Counted from the first letter of the stretch, positions 11,602 to 21,836 are shown. The stretch is DNA of 64,000 bases from Deltaproteobacteria bacterium (GCA_037441565.1 JBBIRW010000006.1:71441-135440); one strand, 5' to 3'. Numbers and translations: made by a program. The notes: generated by a model not told the origin, from the letters alone.

Positions 11602-12606
11602 ATGAGAACACACAGAACACATATAAGGACAGGTTTATTTCTGGCTGTGGTGCTCATCCTGTTTATGTGGTTTATCTGGAAAATTGGAACCACACAACAA
11701 TATTTTGGTGAGAGGTATATTCTCAGGGCCTATTTTCCTGATGTAAGGGGGTTGATTGTTGGTGCCCCTGTAAGACTTGCGGGCGTGAGGGTGGGGAATG
11801 TTTCATCTATAAAATTTCCGGAATCACCGGAAAAAAAAGAGATCCTTGTTGAGCTTTCCATTGATAGGGATATTATGGAAAAGATAAGGGAGGATTCCCT
11901 TGCATCCATTAAGACAATGGGGTTGCTCGGGGACAAATATGTTGAAATAACGCTTGGTAGTGCTGATAAAACACCACTTAAAAATAATGATGTTATAAGG
12001 CGGTATGAGTCCATTGAATATGAGGAGATCATAGGGAAAGGGAGTGAGGCACTGGGAAATCTCGTAGAGATGAGCAGCAGACTGAATAACTTTCTGAGGG
12101 AGATCGAGCGGAGGGGAACTGTTGAGGATCTTTCAAGGGCAATAAAGGGTATGAGGAGTTTTTCAGAGGAACTGGAAAAAAGGAAGATAATTGCAAGGCT
12201 TGAAGGGTCCATTTCAAAGATAGATGAGATCGCCTCCGATATAAGAAATAATCAGGGTATCCTCAACTACATGATCTATGAGAAAAAGGGGGCTGAAATT
12301 ATAAACAACCTGAATGAAGTTATGCTTTCCTTAAAAGAGATTACCCAGGATCTAAAAACAAGAAAAGGTCTTTTCTATGAGCTTGTCTATGAGGAGGAGA
12401 ATAGAAAATTAATTGAAGATACAAGGAAGATTGCATCTGATCTGAGAGAGATTGCTGAGAGCCTGGAAAAGGGTGAGGGCTCGCTGGGTGCACTTATAAA
12501 AGACCCCTCTCTCTATGAACGTATTGTATCACTCCTTGAAGGGGCTGAGAGGAGCAGGCTTATGAAGTTTCTGCTCAGGCACTATATGGAGAAAGGTTCA
12601 AAATAG
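11602..12606 (+). CDS. MCE/MlaD-family protein with long helical extension
   Basis: N-terminal TM; GLIVGAPVRLAGVRVG; GLLGDKYVEI. Confidence 0.88.
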   Translation: MRTHRTHIRTGLFLAVVLILFMWFIWKIGTTQQYFGERYILRAYFPDVRGLIVGAPVRLAGVRVGNVSSIKFPESPEKKEILVELSIDRDIMEKIREDSLASIKTMGLLGDKYVEITLGSADKTPLKNNDVIRRYESIEYEEIIGKGSEALGNLVEMSSRLNNFLREIERRGTVEDLSRAIKGMRSFSEELEKRKIIARLEGSISKIDEIASDIRNNQGILNYMIYEKKGAEIINNLNEVMLSLKEITQDLKTRKGLFYELVYEEENRKLIEDTRKIASDLREIAESLEKGEGSLGALIKDPSLYERIVSLLEGAERSRLMKFLLRHYMEKGSK

Positions 12607-12667
12607 ATCAGCTATTGATTTTTAATAAACATATGGTTAAAGATTATGAGATTACGCAAATGGGGAG

Positions 12668-14662
12668 GTGCTGATGGAGGTTGTCGTAACAAGGGAGATT
12701 TTCTGGAATATATCCTATGGGAACAGGTTATCCTTTTATTTGCTTTCATCTGCCTCAATCTTGATATTCTCATATTTCCTTTTCTCACTTCTCCGTATCT
12801 TATGGAAAACCCATCTGGGATCCATTAAATCTGCCCTGAACCGGAGAATCTCTGATTTTATTAATTATGCATTGATTCAGCGAAAGATATGGAGGAAAAA
12901 ACTTCCAGGACTTATGCATTATGGCTTGTTCTGGCCTTTTCTTGCGCTTTTTATCGGGACATGCCTGGTTGCAATAGAGTATGATTTCGGGATCAGGTTT
13001 TTATATGGTAATTTCTATCTTATCTTTTCCTTTGTTCTTGATATTGCTGGTGTTATTTTAATATCTGGACTTTTAATTGCACTTTACAGGAGATTGATTG
13101 AGAGACCATTTTTTCTTGAAAACTCCTGGCAGGATGTGTATGTCATTTCCTCTTTGCTTATAGTTGCGATAAGTGGATTCATCACAGAGGGTTTGAGGAT
13201 TGCCTATAACAATCCATTTTTTGAGGTGTACTCCCCCATTGGTTATTCAATAGCTCAGCTATTAAGATCCCTGGGGATAGAGGGTGAAAGGGCGTCCTTC
13301 TTTCACTGGTATGCGTGGTGGTTTCACGCAGTTGTTTCACTTATTTTTATTGCATTTATTCCATATTCAAAAACATTTCACTTTTTGTTAGCAGGAATAA
13401 ACATCTTTCTCAGGCCTCACAACCATCCCGGGGCGCTTTCAACGCCTGACCTTGAGCATATGGAGAATATTGGAGTATCCAGGATATCTGATTTCAATGG
13501 CAAACAGATCCTTGATCTTTTTAGCTGCATGGAGTGTGGAAGGTGCAATGAGAACTGCCCAACACATATAACGGGGAAACCACTATCGCCGATGTACTAT
13601 ACAAGGGACCTCAGGAATTATCTTAAGGATAAAATCTATCATCTGAATAGGAAAGGATTTGAGAATCCCATAACGGGATCCCTTATCTCTCAGGATACTA
13701 TATGGGCATGCACCACATGCAGAAACTGCGAGGAAGCATGCCCTGTATTTATCTCCTATGTGGATAAGATTGTTGAGATGAGGAGATACCTTGTTCTCAT
13801 GGAGAGCAGGTTTCCCACGGAGGTGCAGATAGCATTCAGGGGGATGGAGAATAATAGTAATCCATGGAATATTTCATCTTCATCAAGGGCTGACTGGGCA
13901 AAGGACCTTGATATAAAAATACTTTCAGAAGGGCACAGACCAGAGTATCTATTCTGGGTAGGTTGTGCAGGTTCATTTGAAGAAAGGGGGAAGAGGATTT
14001 CAAAGGCATTTGTGAAGATCCTCAGGGAGGCTGATGTTGATTTTGGAATACTGGGGGTTGAGGAGGGATGCACTGGAGATTCAGCAAGGAGGATCGGCAA
14101 CGAATACCTGTTTCAGATTCTTGCGCAGAACAATATCGAAATGCTAAATAGATACGGGATCAAGAAGATTATTACAAACTGTCCTCACTGTTATAACACA
14201 CTGAAAAATGAATATCCTGTATTTGGTGGTAATTATGAAGTATACCATGGGACAGAATTTATACTTGCCCTTTTAAGGAAAGGAAGGATCAGATTTAAGG
14301 GAACATTTGAGAAGCGGATCACATATCACGATTCCTGCTATCTGGGGAGATACAATAATATTTATGATTCACCAAGGTTACTGTTGCAATCCATACCAGG
14401 GGTTAATATTGTAGAGATGGAGAGGAGCAGGGAAAACGGTCTATGTTGTGGGGCCGGAGGTGGAAGGATGTGGATGGAGGAGAAGCTTGGAACGAGGATA
14501 AACAGAAAAAGACTGGAGGATGTGCTGGGGGCAAGGGTTGAGGCCCTTTCCGTTGCGTGCCCATTCTGTATGATAATGCTGGGAAATCAGATAAGGGAGA
14601 TGGATATGGATAGTATAATTAAGCCGTATGATTTAATAGAGATTGTTGCATCAGCAATGTAA
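12668..14662 (+). CDS. Membrane Fe-S oxidoreductase (FadF/HdrD-like; TM + 2x[4Fe-4S] + 2 CCG domains)
   Basis: TM N-terminus; CMECGRCNENCP and CTTCRNCEEACP; WVGC, CPHC, YHDSC, CCGAGGG, ACPFC. Confidence 0.88.
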   Translation: MLMEVVVTREIFWNISYGNRLSFYLLSSASILIFSYFLFSLLRILWKTHLGSIKSALNRRISDFINYALIQRKIWRKKLPGLMHYGLFWPFLALFIGTCLVAIEYDFGIRFLYGNFYLIFSFVLDIAGVILISGLLIALYRRLIERPFFLENSWQDVYVISSLLIVAISGFITEGLRIAYNNPFFEVYSPIGYSIAQLLRSLGIEGERASFFHWYAWWFHAVVSLIFIAFIPYSKTFHFLLAGINIFLRPHNHPGALSTPDLEHMENIGVSRISDFNGKQILDLFSCMECGRCNENCPTHITGKPLSPMYYTRDLRNYLKDKIYHLNRKGFENPITGSLISQDTIWACTTCRNCEEACPVFISYVDKIVEMRRYLVLMESRFPTEVQIAFRGMENNSNPWNISSSSRADWAKDLDIKILSEGHRPEYLFWVGCAGSFEERGKRISKAFVKILREADVDFGILGVEEGCTGDSARRIGNEYLFQILAQNNIEMLNRYGIKKIITNCPHCYNTLKNEYPVFGGNYEVYHGTEFILALLRKGRIRFKGTFEKRITYHDSCYLGRYNNIYDSPRLLLQSIPGVNIVEMERSRENGLCCGAGGGRMWMEEKLGTRINRKRLEDVLGARVEALSVACPFCMIMLGNQIREMDMDSIIKPYDLIEIVASAM

Positions 14663-14687
14663 ATAATCAGCTAACAGGAGGGATACC

Positions 14688-15419
14688 ATGCAAATCATTA
14701 ATATAATTATGTTAATATTTTTTGTTTCTCTTTCAACTGCCTTTGCAACCGAAGGGAAATTTACTATAAAATATTTAGGTCATGCAAGCTTTCTAATTGT
14801 AAGCCCTGTTGGCGTGAAGATTGTTACGGATCCATTTGATCCATCGATTGGATATCCATTGAAGCATGTTTCTGCTGATGTAATTACAGTGAGTCACGAA
14901 CATTACGATCACAACTATATAAAGGCCATTGATGGAAGCCCAAAGGTGATCAGGGGGCTTAAAGAAGGTGGCAGGGACTGGAATATTGTTAGGGAGAAAA
15001 TTGGAGATGTAGAAATCACAAATATTGGTGTTTTTCATGATGATAGTGGAGGAACCAGAAGGGGTAAGAACAGTATTTTTATTTTGAATATATCAGGATT
15101 GAAAATTGTTCATCTTGGAGATCTCGGACATGTTTTGTCAGATCAACAGGTGAAATCATTGGGGAGAGTTGACATTCTCCTCATACCTGTTGGTGGGAAT
15201 TTCACGATAGGTTCAAAAGAGGCTGACAGGGTTGTCTCTCTTATAAAACCATCGGTTATCGTTCCCATGCATTACAAAACATCATGGGTAAATCTTCCAA
15301 TTGAGCCGATCGATCCATTTCTTAAAGGAAAGAAGAATATTGTTAGACTAAATGGGGATACATGGATATTCACAAAAAATGATATAAAGAAAGGAGGTAT
15401 TGTGGTATTTGAATATTGA
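14688..15419 (+). CDS. MBL-fold metallo-hydrolase, probably exported
   Basis: GHASF, SHEHYDH, HLGD, PMHY; signal-peptide-like N-terminus. Confidence 0.85.
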   Translation: MQIINIIMLIFFVSLSTAFATEGKFTIKYLGHASFLIVSPVGVKIVTDPFDPSIGYPLKHVSADVITVSHEHYDHNYIKAIDGSPKVIRGLKEGGRDWNIVREKIGDVEITNIGVFHDDSGGTRRGKNSIFILNISGLKIVHLGDLGHVLSDQQVKSLGRVDILLIPVGGNFTIGSKEADRVVSLIKPSVIVPMHYKTSWVNLPIEPIDPFLKGKKNIVRLNGDTWIFTKNDIKKGGIVVFEY

Positions 15420-15428
15420 AAGGCCTCC

Positions 15429-15845
15429 TTATTCAATTAGATTGTTGCATAAGTAACAGGATCTGTTTGAATGCCATCGATATTTCATCCCGCAATAAGG
15501 ACACACCCTGCTTTTTATACCTGAATTCATATTTCTTTTTACATACTGCTGGATCCTCTCAATACTCCTTCCATCGAGGTTATAAAATTTAAGCCCGATC
15601 CCTTTTCTTGCAGCATTCTCACTCCCATCATCCATCCATCTTATTTCAACCATTGCCCTTATCTGAAAAGGTGTTTCTGGAAGATTAAAAAATATATGTG
15701 TTTCACCCTGATATTCTTTCAGGGTTGCAGTATATTCAATCCCAACGCCACCAATACTTATATCCTTTGAGGGGATCCTGATCTCTTTATCACCTCTTTT
15801 TATCAGGACTGAGGTATTCATTGAAACTCGCGGATATTGTCTCAT
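15429..15845 (-). CDS. PilZ-domain protein with C-terminal Cys motifs
   Basis: RQYPR (RxxxR) and DISIGG; CPYC...CYLC tail. Confidence 0.8.
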   Translation of the reverse strand: MRQYPRVSMNTSVLIKRGDKEIRIPSKDISIGGVGIEYTATLKEYQGETHIFFNLPETPFQIRAMVEIRWMDDGSENAARKGIGLKFYNLDGRSIERIQQYVKRNMNSGIKSRVCPYCGMKYRWHSNRSCYLCNNLIE

Positions 15846-16249
15846 TAAGTTCCTTTTGCTAATTTCTCCTGAATTCTATTCATGAACTTAACTTTATCTA
15901 TCACAAATCTTTCATGGCTTCCCTCACCAATCTTTTCCCTGTCGTCGTAAGCTTCAACATTAAATACAAGTCTTCTTCTGTCAACCTCCTTAAGCATTGC
16001 CTTTACCCTTACATTGAACCCAATAGGGGTTGGGGCAAGATGAGAAATATTAACTCTGGTTCCGACAGAACTCTCACCATCATCAAGATATGGTTCAATC
16101 AGTTCACAGCAGGTTCTTTCAATAAACCCAACAAGCCATATCGTTGCAAAAACATCCGGGGTTTTTTCATAAACTTTTTGTGCGGTCATTTCAGGCTGAA
16201 CCTTTAAAGTAATCTCATGTGATAATCCGGCCTTCAATCCTTCTTTCAT
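15845..16249 (-). CDS. Hot-dog thioesterase (FlK-like)
   Basis: VFAT, E, SVG...HLAPTP, GSHERF pattern. Confidence 0.8.
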   Translation of the reverse strand: MKEGLKAGLSHEITLKVQPEMTAQKVYEKTPDVFATIWLVGFIERTCCELIEPYLDDGESSVGTRVNISHLAPTPIGFNVRVKAMLKEVDRRRLVFNVEAYDDREKIGEGSHERFVIDKVKFMNRIQEKLAKGT

Positions 16250-16274
16250 TCCTGACCTCCCTTATCAGTTTATT

Positions 16275-16538
16275 TTAGCCACCCTGCACGTAGTGAGGGT
16301 TATCCTTTATCCATTCATCATAGTTGTAAGCATTAACAATCTCCATTTCCGATTCATCGCACTGATAACATGGAATGGACAGAATTTCATCAATCTCAGA
16401 GTCACCTTTATTCAGTTCATCGGAATTTATAGTTCTGTAAAGGAGATAGCCGCACTCCCTGCAGTAATACTCAAGGGTTACTGCCTTCTTGCCTGTGAGT
16501 TTCTTTATTTTTTCAATAATAGCCTGATCCTTCATCAA
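16275..16538 (-). CDS. Small hypothetical Zn-ribbon protein
   Basis: CRECG...CYQC; packed in minus-strand operon. Confidence 0.55.
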   Translation of the reverse strand: MMKDQAIIEKIKKLTGKKAVTLEYYCRECGYLLYRTINSDELNKGDSEIDEILSIPCYQCDESEMEIVNAYNYDEWIKDNPHYVQGG

Positions 16539-16548
16539 TCATAAGCCC

Positions 16549-17529
16549 TTACATATGCAATTCTACTATATCGCCATCCTCAAGAACATAATCCCTTTTT
16601 ACTTTTTGGCCATTAAAGACCTTTTTCCCCCAGATTCTTGCATAGAGAAGTTTTTCAAGGAAATCCTTATGGATGGATCGCGCAACATCCTCTACCGTAC
16701 TGTTCTTATTGAGGATAAGGGGTTGATCCATTCTGGGCTTTTTCCCTGGGGATTTTGTATATACCCTGATTATATCCAGTATACTGAAGAGGTGTCTCTT
16801 CAAATCTTCAAGTCCGATCCCCTTCTTTGCGGAGATCGTAAGACAATGGATATTTTCGTTCCCGAGACTGACAAAGGTATCCAATATCTCTGATGGGATG
16901 TTTTCATCTACCTTGTTTCCCGCAAAAATTGCCCTTTTTATAATCAGGCCCTCCGAGGAACCTTCATCGCACACCCCCTTGATCCCTATCTTCCAGTTTC
17001 TGAGTTCCTCAATTATTATCCCCTGCTGTGTCTTTATATCCTCCGTAAGATCAATGATGATACAGAGGGCATCTGCATATCGCAGCTGGGCTGAAAGAGC
17101 ACCCTCCGTACCCTCAAACATAAGTGGAGGGGTGTCTATGAGCTGGATCATGATGTTTTCATATGGCATCATGCCTGCAAGGGATGATCTTGTTGAAAAT
17201 GGGTAATCAGCAATAACAGGTTTTGCATTTGTAAGTCTTGAAATCAGTGTAGATTTTCCGCAATTTGGAAGTCCAACAAGGGCTATCTGACCAGCACCTT
17301 CCTTCTTGATAAGGGTGCTGAACCCCCTTCTGGCACCTGTTGATCTTGATCTTTCTTCCTCAAGTCTTGCGATTTTTCTCTTGAGCTGCGCCTGGAGTTT
17401 TTCTGTTCCCTTATGTTTAGGCATTATTGCAAGCATCTTTTCAAGGGCGCTTATCTTCACCTCAATGCTCTTCGCCTCCCTGAATCTTCTCTCAGCCTCG
17501 AAGTACTGTGGAGGGAGATTGGCAGGCAT
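16549..17529 (-). CDS. DRG-like OBG-family GTPase with TGS domain
   Basis: PKHKGTEKL, GLPNCGKS, YPFST, DTPP, NKVD, ISAK, RVYTK, VLEDGDIVE. Confidence 0.85.
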   Translation of the reverse strand: MPANLPPQYFEAERRFREAKSIEVKISALEKMLAIMPKHKGTEKLQAQLKRKIARLEEERSRSTGARRGFSTLIKKEGAGQIALVGLPNCGKSTLISRLTNAKPVIADYPFSTRSSLAGMMPYENIMIQLIDTPPLMFEGTEGALSAQLRYADALCIIIDLTEDIKTQQGIIIEELRNWKIGIKGVCDEGSSEGLIIKRAIFAGNKVDENIPSEILDTFVSLGNENIHCLTISAKKGIGLEDLKRHLFSILDIIRVYTKSPGKKPRMDQPLILNKNSTVEDVARSIHKDFLEKLLYARIWGKKVFNGQKVKRDYVLEDGDIVELHM

Positions 17530-17530
17530 A

Positions 17531-18292
17531 TCAACAATCCTCCAGCATTTTCTTTAAAGAGAGAGCATTTTTTACTGCATAGCCCATAGCATCATTATTA
17601 AAATATATATAAGTGTCTATCCCTTTGTGAAGCCACATCATTATCTTTTCTGCCATCATTTCAAGTTCTTTCTGAGAATAAGATGATGCATATAGGGATC
17701 TTCCCGAAACACCATGTCTCCTGACATACATAAAGGGAAAAGGCAGATCACTTATATCAGGAAGATCTGGATAATCTGAAACACATATCGACATCCCGTT
17801 CTTCTTCACAATATCAATTATATCATCCCTGAATGCTGATCTATTTCTGAATTCAAAAACAGATTTTAATCCGAAAGGCCTCAGTTGTTCAATGAAGTTC
17901 TTCAGTCTCTCATGATCTACTTTCATTGAGGGTGGAAGTTGCCACAGGATGGGACCGAGCTTATCCCCAAGTAAGATAGCCCTCTTGATAAAGGCTTTGA
18001 GTGAATCTTCTGTTGACTTGAGCTTTTTCACATGAGTAATGAATCTGCTTCCTTTTAAAGAAAATATGAAGTCTGAAGGTGTTTTATCGCGCCATGTTAT
18101 AAAGGTATGCGGGGACGGTATTCGGTAAAAGGTAACGTTTAATTCAACAGTGGAGAAGAACCCTGTATAATATTCGAGCAGATTCCTGGATGAAATCCCT
18201 GGTGGATAGAAGATGCCATTTTTCCAGTGGTTATAATTGTAACCGCTGGTACCAATAAAGATTTTTCCCTTCCTCGGTGAATCCATTTTCAA
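17531..18292 (-). CDS. DUF72 family protein
   Basis: IGTSG, VELNVTFY, ITH, QLPP, EFR, YFNND. Confidence 0.85.
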   Translation of the reverse strand: MKMDSPRKGKIFIGTSGYNYNHWKNGIFYPPGISSRNLLEYYTGFFSTVELNVTFYRIPSPHTFITWRDKTPSDFIFSLKGSRFITHVKKLKSTEDSLKAFIKRAILLGDKLGPILWQLPPSMKVDHERLKNFIEQLRPFGLKSVFEFRNRSAFRDDIIDIVKKNGMSICVSDYPDLPDISDLPFPFMYVRRHGVSGRSLYASSYSQKELEMMAEKIMMWLHKGIDTYIYFNNDAMGYAVKNALSLKKMLEDC

Positions 18293-18360
18293 TTTTCCCT
18301 GCTATACTTTCCTAAATGCAATTTTCCTGATATTTTTAATTACAGGCAAGAGGAGGTAAG

Positions 18361-18959
18361 GTGGAAATCGAAGGTTATCCAAAGGAGATCTTCCTCAAGA
18401 ATGGTAAAAGGATAAGGATCAGACTGTTTGTTGAGGGAGACAGGGAAGGGTTGAAGAAATTTTTTTGGGGGCTTTCTGAGCAGGACAGGATGTTTCTCAA
18501 GGAGGATTTTTCGTCCGATGAGGCACTGGATGAATTAATACATGGTATGAGAACGGGAAGTATTCAGCCTTTAATTGCGGAGATAGATGGAGAAATTATC
18601 GGTTATTCATTGCTTCACAGGTACAGGTTCAGCTGGTTAAGACATATTGGAGAGATAAGGATTGCGGTTACAAAGGCATATAGAAAAAGGGGGCTGGGGA
18701 CACACCTTGCGAAGGAGATTTTCTATATGGCTTTAAGGGAAGGGCTTCAGAAGATCATTGCAGAGATGACGGTTGATCAGGTCGATGCTATAAGGGTATT
18801 TGAAAAATTGGGTTTTCAGAAGGAGGCAGTCCTCAAGAATCATGTAATCGATCTAAGAACAGAAATCGTGACCTGCTCATAATGTCGCAGGATCTCAGTG
18901 TTCTCTGGAGAAGGGTTGAGGATCTGATAATTTCTGAAGAGCAGAGGAGTCAGGAATAG
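18361..18959 (+). CDS. GNAT acetyltransferase, apparently frameshifted near 18855
   Basis: YRKRGLGT motif; in-frame stop at 18882, while the -1 frame continues NRNRDLLIMSQD... to TAG 18959, two bases before the next ATG. Confidence 0.75.
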
Positions 18960-18961
18960 AG

Positions 18962-19231
18962 ATGAAGTTTTATGAGCTCTTCAATATTTTTTATCTCCTT
19001 GAGGAATACTACAGGATCGACAGATGCAGAAGATGCGAGTGCCTTCATGGAGCACTATGGAGATTAAGGGCGCTTGTTGATTCAGTGGAGGATGGCGAAA
19101 GGAGGGAGTTTCTCCTTGTTTCGATTGATAGGCTTCTTAGTGCTTCAAACCTTAATCCATGTATGGGATGTGAACATTGTGAACCTGCAGATCTGATCGC
19201 TGTTATGGAAGAGAGAACTGCCAGGCTTTAA
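18962..19231 (+). CDS. Small Cys-rich hypothetical protein
   Basis: CRRCECLH and CMGCEHCEP motifs. Confidence 0.6.
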   Translation: MKFYELFNIFYLLEEYYRIDRCRRCECLHGALWRLRALVDSVEDGERREFLLVSIDRLLSASNLNPCMGCEHCEPADLIAVMEERTARL

Positions 19232-19885
19232 ATGGGTGTTTTTAAAGGGGGACATATGAAATCATCACTATTAGTGATTCAATCCATTATTTTTATGATA
19301 ATCTCAGTTTTACCCTGCGATGCAAAGATCTATAAATGGGTCGATGATGAGGGTGTGTGGAATTTTACCGATGATTATAACAGGATTCCAGAGAGATACA
19401 GGGATATTGTAAAGGAAGTAGAAAGCACTGAAGAGAGGGAGTATGAAGTCCATTTTGTAATATCAAAAGGTGAAGAAAAGAGAGAAATACAGCCTCCAGA
19501 GGTCAGGGAGGAGATAAGGGTTCCTGAGGAGGTTACAAGAAAGGCTGCAAGGAAGGCTTACGCACCAGGGGTAGGATGGTTTGTCGAGGAGATCGATCTT
19601 GGTCCGGGGGATGTGGTTTCGGGCGATATTATCATATACATAGATGGAAAGAGATTCCGTCTCATCAATGAAGAAGGGATTGAGGCAGATGAACTTAATT
19701 TCAGGGACAGGGAAAATATGAAAAAGGTCTACCTTCCAAAAGTGCTCGGTCCTCCATGGGTTTTATATGGGGGAAAGGTTGAGAAGAGGAATGAGTATCA
19801 GATACATCCTCGACTTGACAGGAAAAGCGGCTCTGATGTTATGAGGGAATTGATGAAAAATAAGGTATACAGGCATCTCTACTGA
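19232..19885 (+). CDS. Exported DUF4124-domain protein
   Basis: Signal peptide then IYKWVDDEGVWNFTD; start may be the later ATG (MKSS). Confidence 0.75.
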   Translation: MGVFKGGHMKSSLLVIQSIIFMIISVLPCDAKIYKWVDDEGVWNFTDDYNRIPERYRDIVKEVESTEEREYEVHFVISKGEEKREIQPPEVREEIRVPEEVTRKAARKAYAPGVGWFVEEIDLGPGDVVSGDIIIYIDGKRFRLINEEGIEADELNFRDRENMKKVYLPKVLGPPWVLYGGKVEKRNEYQIHPRLDRKSGSDVMRELMKNKVYRHLY

Positions 19886-19888
19886 TTG

Positions 19889-20842
19889 TTAACTTTTTAG
19901 ATTGGCACAGTAAAGGGGGGGAAGGCTCATTCTAACCCTTCTTATGTTTTCCGCAACAATCTTTCCTATTCCTGCATATGATTCCCTTGTAACACCACCT
20001 ATATGTGGGGTTGTAATAACATTGTATCTGAAAAGTTCATCATCAGGATCAATGGGCTCTTCCCAGAACACATCCAGTGCAGCTCCGGCAATTCTACCTT
20101 CTCTCAGTGCTGTAAGCAGTCCATCCTTTTCAACAACACCACCCCTTGCTACATTTATGATGAATGAGCCCTGCTTGATGATGGAAAACTCCCTCTCTCC
20201 TATCATGCCTTTCGTTTCAGGGGACATCACGCAACACAGTATGAGATAATCAACCTCTGGAAGTATCTTATGGAGATCCGATGGTGAGCCGCAGAAGGAG
20301 ATGCCAAGTTCCTTCCTCCTCTCCTCGGAGGGATTTTTTGTTATCCCAAGTATCCTTACATTGAATGGCTTTAATCTGTAAATAATCTCTCTTCCTATGT
20401 TTCCAAGCCCTACAATCCCTACAGTCTTATTTATGAGTGCACTTCCAACAGGTGTCCCGATCCTCTTCTCTTTTATGGAGATCTGGCATTGATTGAATTC
20501 CCTTCCGAGTGCAATCATGAAGAAGATAACAAGCTCTGCAACGGATTCTGCATTCCCTGTTCCTGTGCTTGGAACATTTGCAACATATACACCCTTTCTT
20601 GTTGCAGCATCAATATCTACACCCTCAAGACCAACGCCCCATTGTTGAATGAGTTTAAGTGAATTGCATGCATAGATTATCTCCTGTGTTATCCTTGCCA
20701 TTGCTGGCACAATTACATTGACATCCTGAAGGTATTCCATGATCTTTTCCTTAGGGCAAGAAAGAATTTCCAGCTCAGGGATAAGCTTTTTAAGTACATC
20801 CCTTGCATAACTAAAGCCTTCCTCACAAAAAAGAACCTTCAT
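19889..20842 (-). CDS. D-isomer-specific 2-hydroxyacid dehydrogenase
   Basis: GLGNIG, INVARG, LDVFWEEP, TPHIGG; start taken at MKVLF. Confidence 0.9.
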   Translation of the reverse strand: MKVLFCEEGFSYARDVLKKLIPELEILSCPKEKIMEYLQDVNVIVPAMARITQEIIYACNSLKLIQQWGVGLEGVDIDAATRKGVYVANVPSTGTGNAESVAELVIFFMIALGREFNQCQISIKEKRIGTPVGSALINKTVGIVGLGNIGREIIYRLKPFNVRILGITKNPSEERRKELGISFCGSPSDLHKILPEVDYLILCCVMSPETKGMIGEREFSIIKQGSFIINVARGGVVEKDGLLTALREGRIAGAALDVFWEEPIDPDDELFRYNVITTPHIGGVTRESYAGIGKIVAENIRRVRMSLPPLYCANLKS

Positions 20843-20899
20843 AGGGGATGCCTCAGATAAAAATTTCTTGATCTTTGTGAATACAACCTGAAAGATATA

Positions 20900-21700
20900 A
20901 TGAACGGTTCCATTATGCAATTCTATAATATTGAAAGATTCTCTAAAAGGCTACCGTGGGGATCAGTTTCCTATCTTAAGGCTGGGAAAGGCATTCCCTT
21001 CTTAATCTTCATTCATGGTGCAGGTAACAATGCAGAAGTATGGATGGATGTATTTCCATATCTTAAGGATATCGCCACAGCAATTGCTGTTGATCTTCCT
21101 GGACATGGGTACTCAGCCTATAGATCCATAAATGGGGTGGATGATTACAGTCGGTGCGTTATCGATTTTATAGAGACACTCGGGGTGGAAAGGCCTGTTC
21201 TTGTTGGACATTCAATGGGTGGTGCCATCTCGATAAAAATAGCAGCGCACTACCGAAACCTCAGTGGATTGATCCTTGTGGGAACAGGTGCACATCTTAA
21301 GGTAAATCCCAGGCTCCTTAAAATGCTTGAGGAGGATTTTTCCGGAGCAGTCGATCTCATGGCAAAGTGGTCATTCTTGAAAGATATTTCAGGAGATCTT
21401 ATTGAAAAGTCCAGGGAAATGCTTTTTCTTGCAGGGCAGGAGGTCTTACTTCAGGATATGAGGGTATGCGATGGCTACAGCGGTGAGACAGATCTTGAAA
21501 GGATAAAGATCCCCACACTTATTGTCTGCGGAAAGGAAGATGTAATGACACCTGTTTCCCTCTCCATGGAGCTTTATGAAAGGATAAGGGGATCTAAGAT
21601 TTCATTGATTGATGGTTCAGGACATATGGTGCAGCTTGAAAAATCAGGTGAGTTGGGAAGGATGATGGTTTCGTTCATAAGGGAATCGATCGAGGAATGA
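20900..21700 (+). CDS. Alpha/beta hydrolase
   Basis: IHGAG, DLPGHG, GHSMGG, GKED, SGHM. Confidence 0.9.
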   Translation: MNGSIMQFYNIERFSKRLPWGSVSYLKAGKGIPFLIFIHGAGNNAEVWMDVFPYLKDIATAIAVDLPGHGYSAYRSINGVDDYSRCVIDFIETLGVERPVLVGHSMGGAISIKIAAHYRNLSGLILVGTGAHLKVNPRLLKMLEEDFSGAVDLMAKWSFLKDISGDLIEKSREMLFLAGQEVLLQDMRVCDGYSGETDLERIKIPTLIVCGKEDVMTPVSLSMELYERIRGSKISLIDGSGHMVQLEKSGELGRMMVSFIRESIEE

Positions 21701-21804
21701 TGTGTGCCCTCAAAAGGGGTTAGTCGATTGTTCAGGGTCCTATTATAGTTAAGGTGGCTGAAGTTCTTCAAGGTAGGGGAACGTATAGTTATAGAGGGGA
21801 AAGT

Positions 21805-21836
21805 AAGGATGGAACTAATCAAGGATGGAACTAATC
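21805..21836 (+). repeat. 16-bp perfect tandem duplication
   Basis: AAGGATGGAACTAATC x2. Confidence 0.9.
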
